Assembly (NCBI GenBank): GCA_965116315.1
Contig: OZ220672.1
Span: 1,636,777-1,700,776, forward strand
Length of the DNA stretch: 64,000 nt
From: Dehalococcoidia bacterium
GTDB lineage: Bacteria > Chloroflexota > Dehalococcoidia > Lucifugimonadales > CAJWER01
Direction: 5' to 3'
Shown here: positions 63,299-64,000 of the stretch, piece after piece
Layout of the letters: every line of letters begins with the position of its first letter
Numbering within the stretch: the stretch's first letter is position 1
Program-made: the position numbers and the translations under genes
The notes under the pieces: generated by a model
Database searches by the model: none
The model's input: only the letters and a program-made list of their open reading frames with translations
Told to the model about the DNA's origin: nothing

Positions 63299-64000
63299 AT
63301 GACAACGACGACTACCGACAGGGCGGAGGTCTTCTCCCGTCCTGCGGCGAAGATCAACGACGACGGCGAGCTGGTGGTGCGGGCCTCGGCGGCCCTGGGC
63401 TGCCGCCGCTCCCTCTGGTACTCGGCGACGGGCTACCAGCCGACCAATCCCCCCGGCGACGACTCGCTGACGGCGATGGAGGCGGGCAACGCCCTTGAGC
63501 CGGTGGTGGTGCGGGCGATGGAGCGGGCTGGCTGGAAGGTGGACGCCGCCGACTCCCAGGACCCGCAGCAGGTGGCGGTGCGCATCGGCCCCGGACTGCT
63601 GGTGACGGGACACCCGGACGGCACGGCGCGGATGCCCCTCCCCGAAGACGAGGCGGCGGCCCAGGTCCAAATGCTCCTGTTCGGGGACGTGTCGGACACT
63701 CCCGCCTACGGGACGGAGATGGTGGTCGAAATCAAGACCAGGGGGCCGGAGGCGTTCAGGCGGTGGCAGACCCTGGGGGCCGAGCGCAGCCACCCGCAGG
63801 CGGTGGCCCAGGCCGCCCTCTACACCCTGGGAAACTACGACGACCTTCGGGACGCCGTGATAGCCACGATGGACACGGGCGGCAGGACGTGGGACTACGA
63901 GGTCATCCCCGCCGACCGGCTGGAGAAGGCCCTCCAGGACGCCTGCGCATGGCTCGGCGAGCTGGGGGCGCACCACACCCGGAACGGGCCGGACCCCGAC
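63299..64000 (+). CDS. PD-(D/E)XK nuclease (RecB/Cas4/YqaJ-like), 3'-truncated by the window edge
   Basis: Hand-translated; absent from the ORF track because no stop occurs. MTTTTTDRAEV...LLVTGHPDG...EMVVEIKTRG...AVAQAALYTLG gives D, ExK and QxxxY motifs. AAGGAGG lies 8 nt before the ATG at 63299. The frame stays open to 64000. Confidence 0.65.
   Translation, partial: MTTTTTDRAEVFSRPAAKINDDGELVVRASAALGCRRSLWYSATGYQPTNPPGDDSLTAMEAGNALEPVVVRAMERAGWKVDAADSQDPQQVAVRIGPGLLVTGHPDGTARMPLPEDEAAAQVQMLLFGDVSDTPAYGTEMVVEIKTRGPEAFRRWQTLGAERSHPQAVAQAALYTLGNYDDLRDAVIATMDTGGRTWDYEVIPADRLEKALQDACAWLGELGAHHTRNGPDPD

Larger units (their letters stand above)
33840..64000. mobile_element. integrative and conjugative element (left end; continues past the window)
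   Basis: tRNA-adjacent serine integrase, XRE/ImmA switch, T4SS operon (VirB4, T4CP, VirB6-like, pilins, PrgI-like), Replic_Relax, primase, Rad52. None of the host REP families occur between 33.9 and 64 kb. Confidence 0.75.

Overview
High-GC bacterial chromosomal window (about 65-72% GC on the 60-nt lines I counted by hand) that falls into two parts. All family names below come from motifs I recognised by eye. I ran no BLAST or HMM search, and coordinates for non-coding motifs are good to about +/-2 nt.

Part 1 (1-33.8 kb) is core genome. It carries two enolase-superfamily enzymes, an FAD oxidoreductase, an amidohydrolase, a large ArnT/PMT-like membrane glycosyltransferase, a 2-hydroxyacid dehydrogenase, an F420 reductase, an HDAC-family deacetylase, queA, folD, etfBA, an EF-G paralogue, argF, der, plsY, gpsA, prmA, dnaJ and hrcA with a CIRCE-like operator. 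Almost every intergenic gap in this part holds copies of at least five REP-like repeat families. One IS110-family element sits inside a split REP copy.

Part 2 (33.8-64 kb, running off the window) is the left part of an integrative and conjugative element (ICE) at tRNA-Leu(UAG). It has a large serine recombinase whose 3' end overlaps the tRNA, and an ICEBs1-like XRE/ImmA switch with an embedded restriction-fold nuclease. It also has a divergent operon of four small HTH genes, three of them tandem paralogues, and a low-GC cargo gene encoding a 1124-aa GHKL-ATPase/DUF3883 fusion next to a DUF3800 protein. The transfer genes form a Gram-positive-type T4SS operon (VirB6-like, pilin-like x2, PrgI-like fusion, VirB4, coupling protein) that ends in a doubled replication-relaxation protein. 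A primase / Rad52 / TSCPD / PD-(D/E)XK module follows. None of the host REP families occur inside the ICE.

The best novelty candidates are the GHKL-DUF3883 (+DUF3800) cargo, the nuclease embedded in the repressor operon, the doubled Replic_Relax protein as a possible relaxase, the IS110-in-REP insertion with a candidate bridge RNA, and an ICE-specific intercistronic hairpin/TACAGGA motif.
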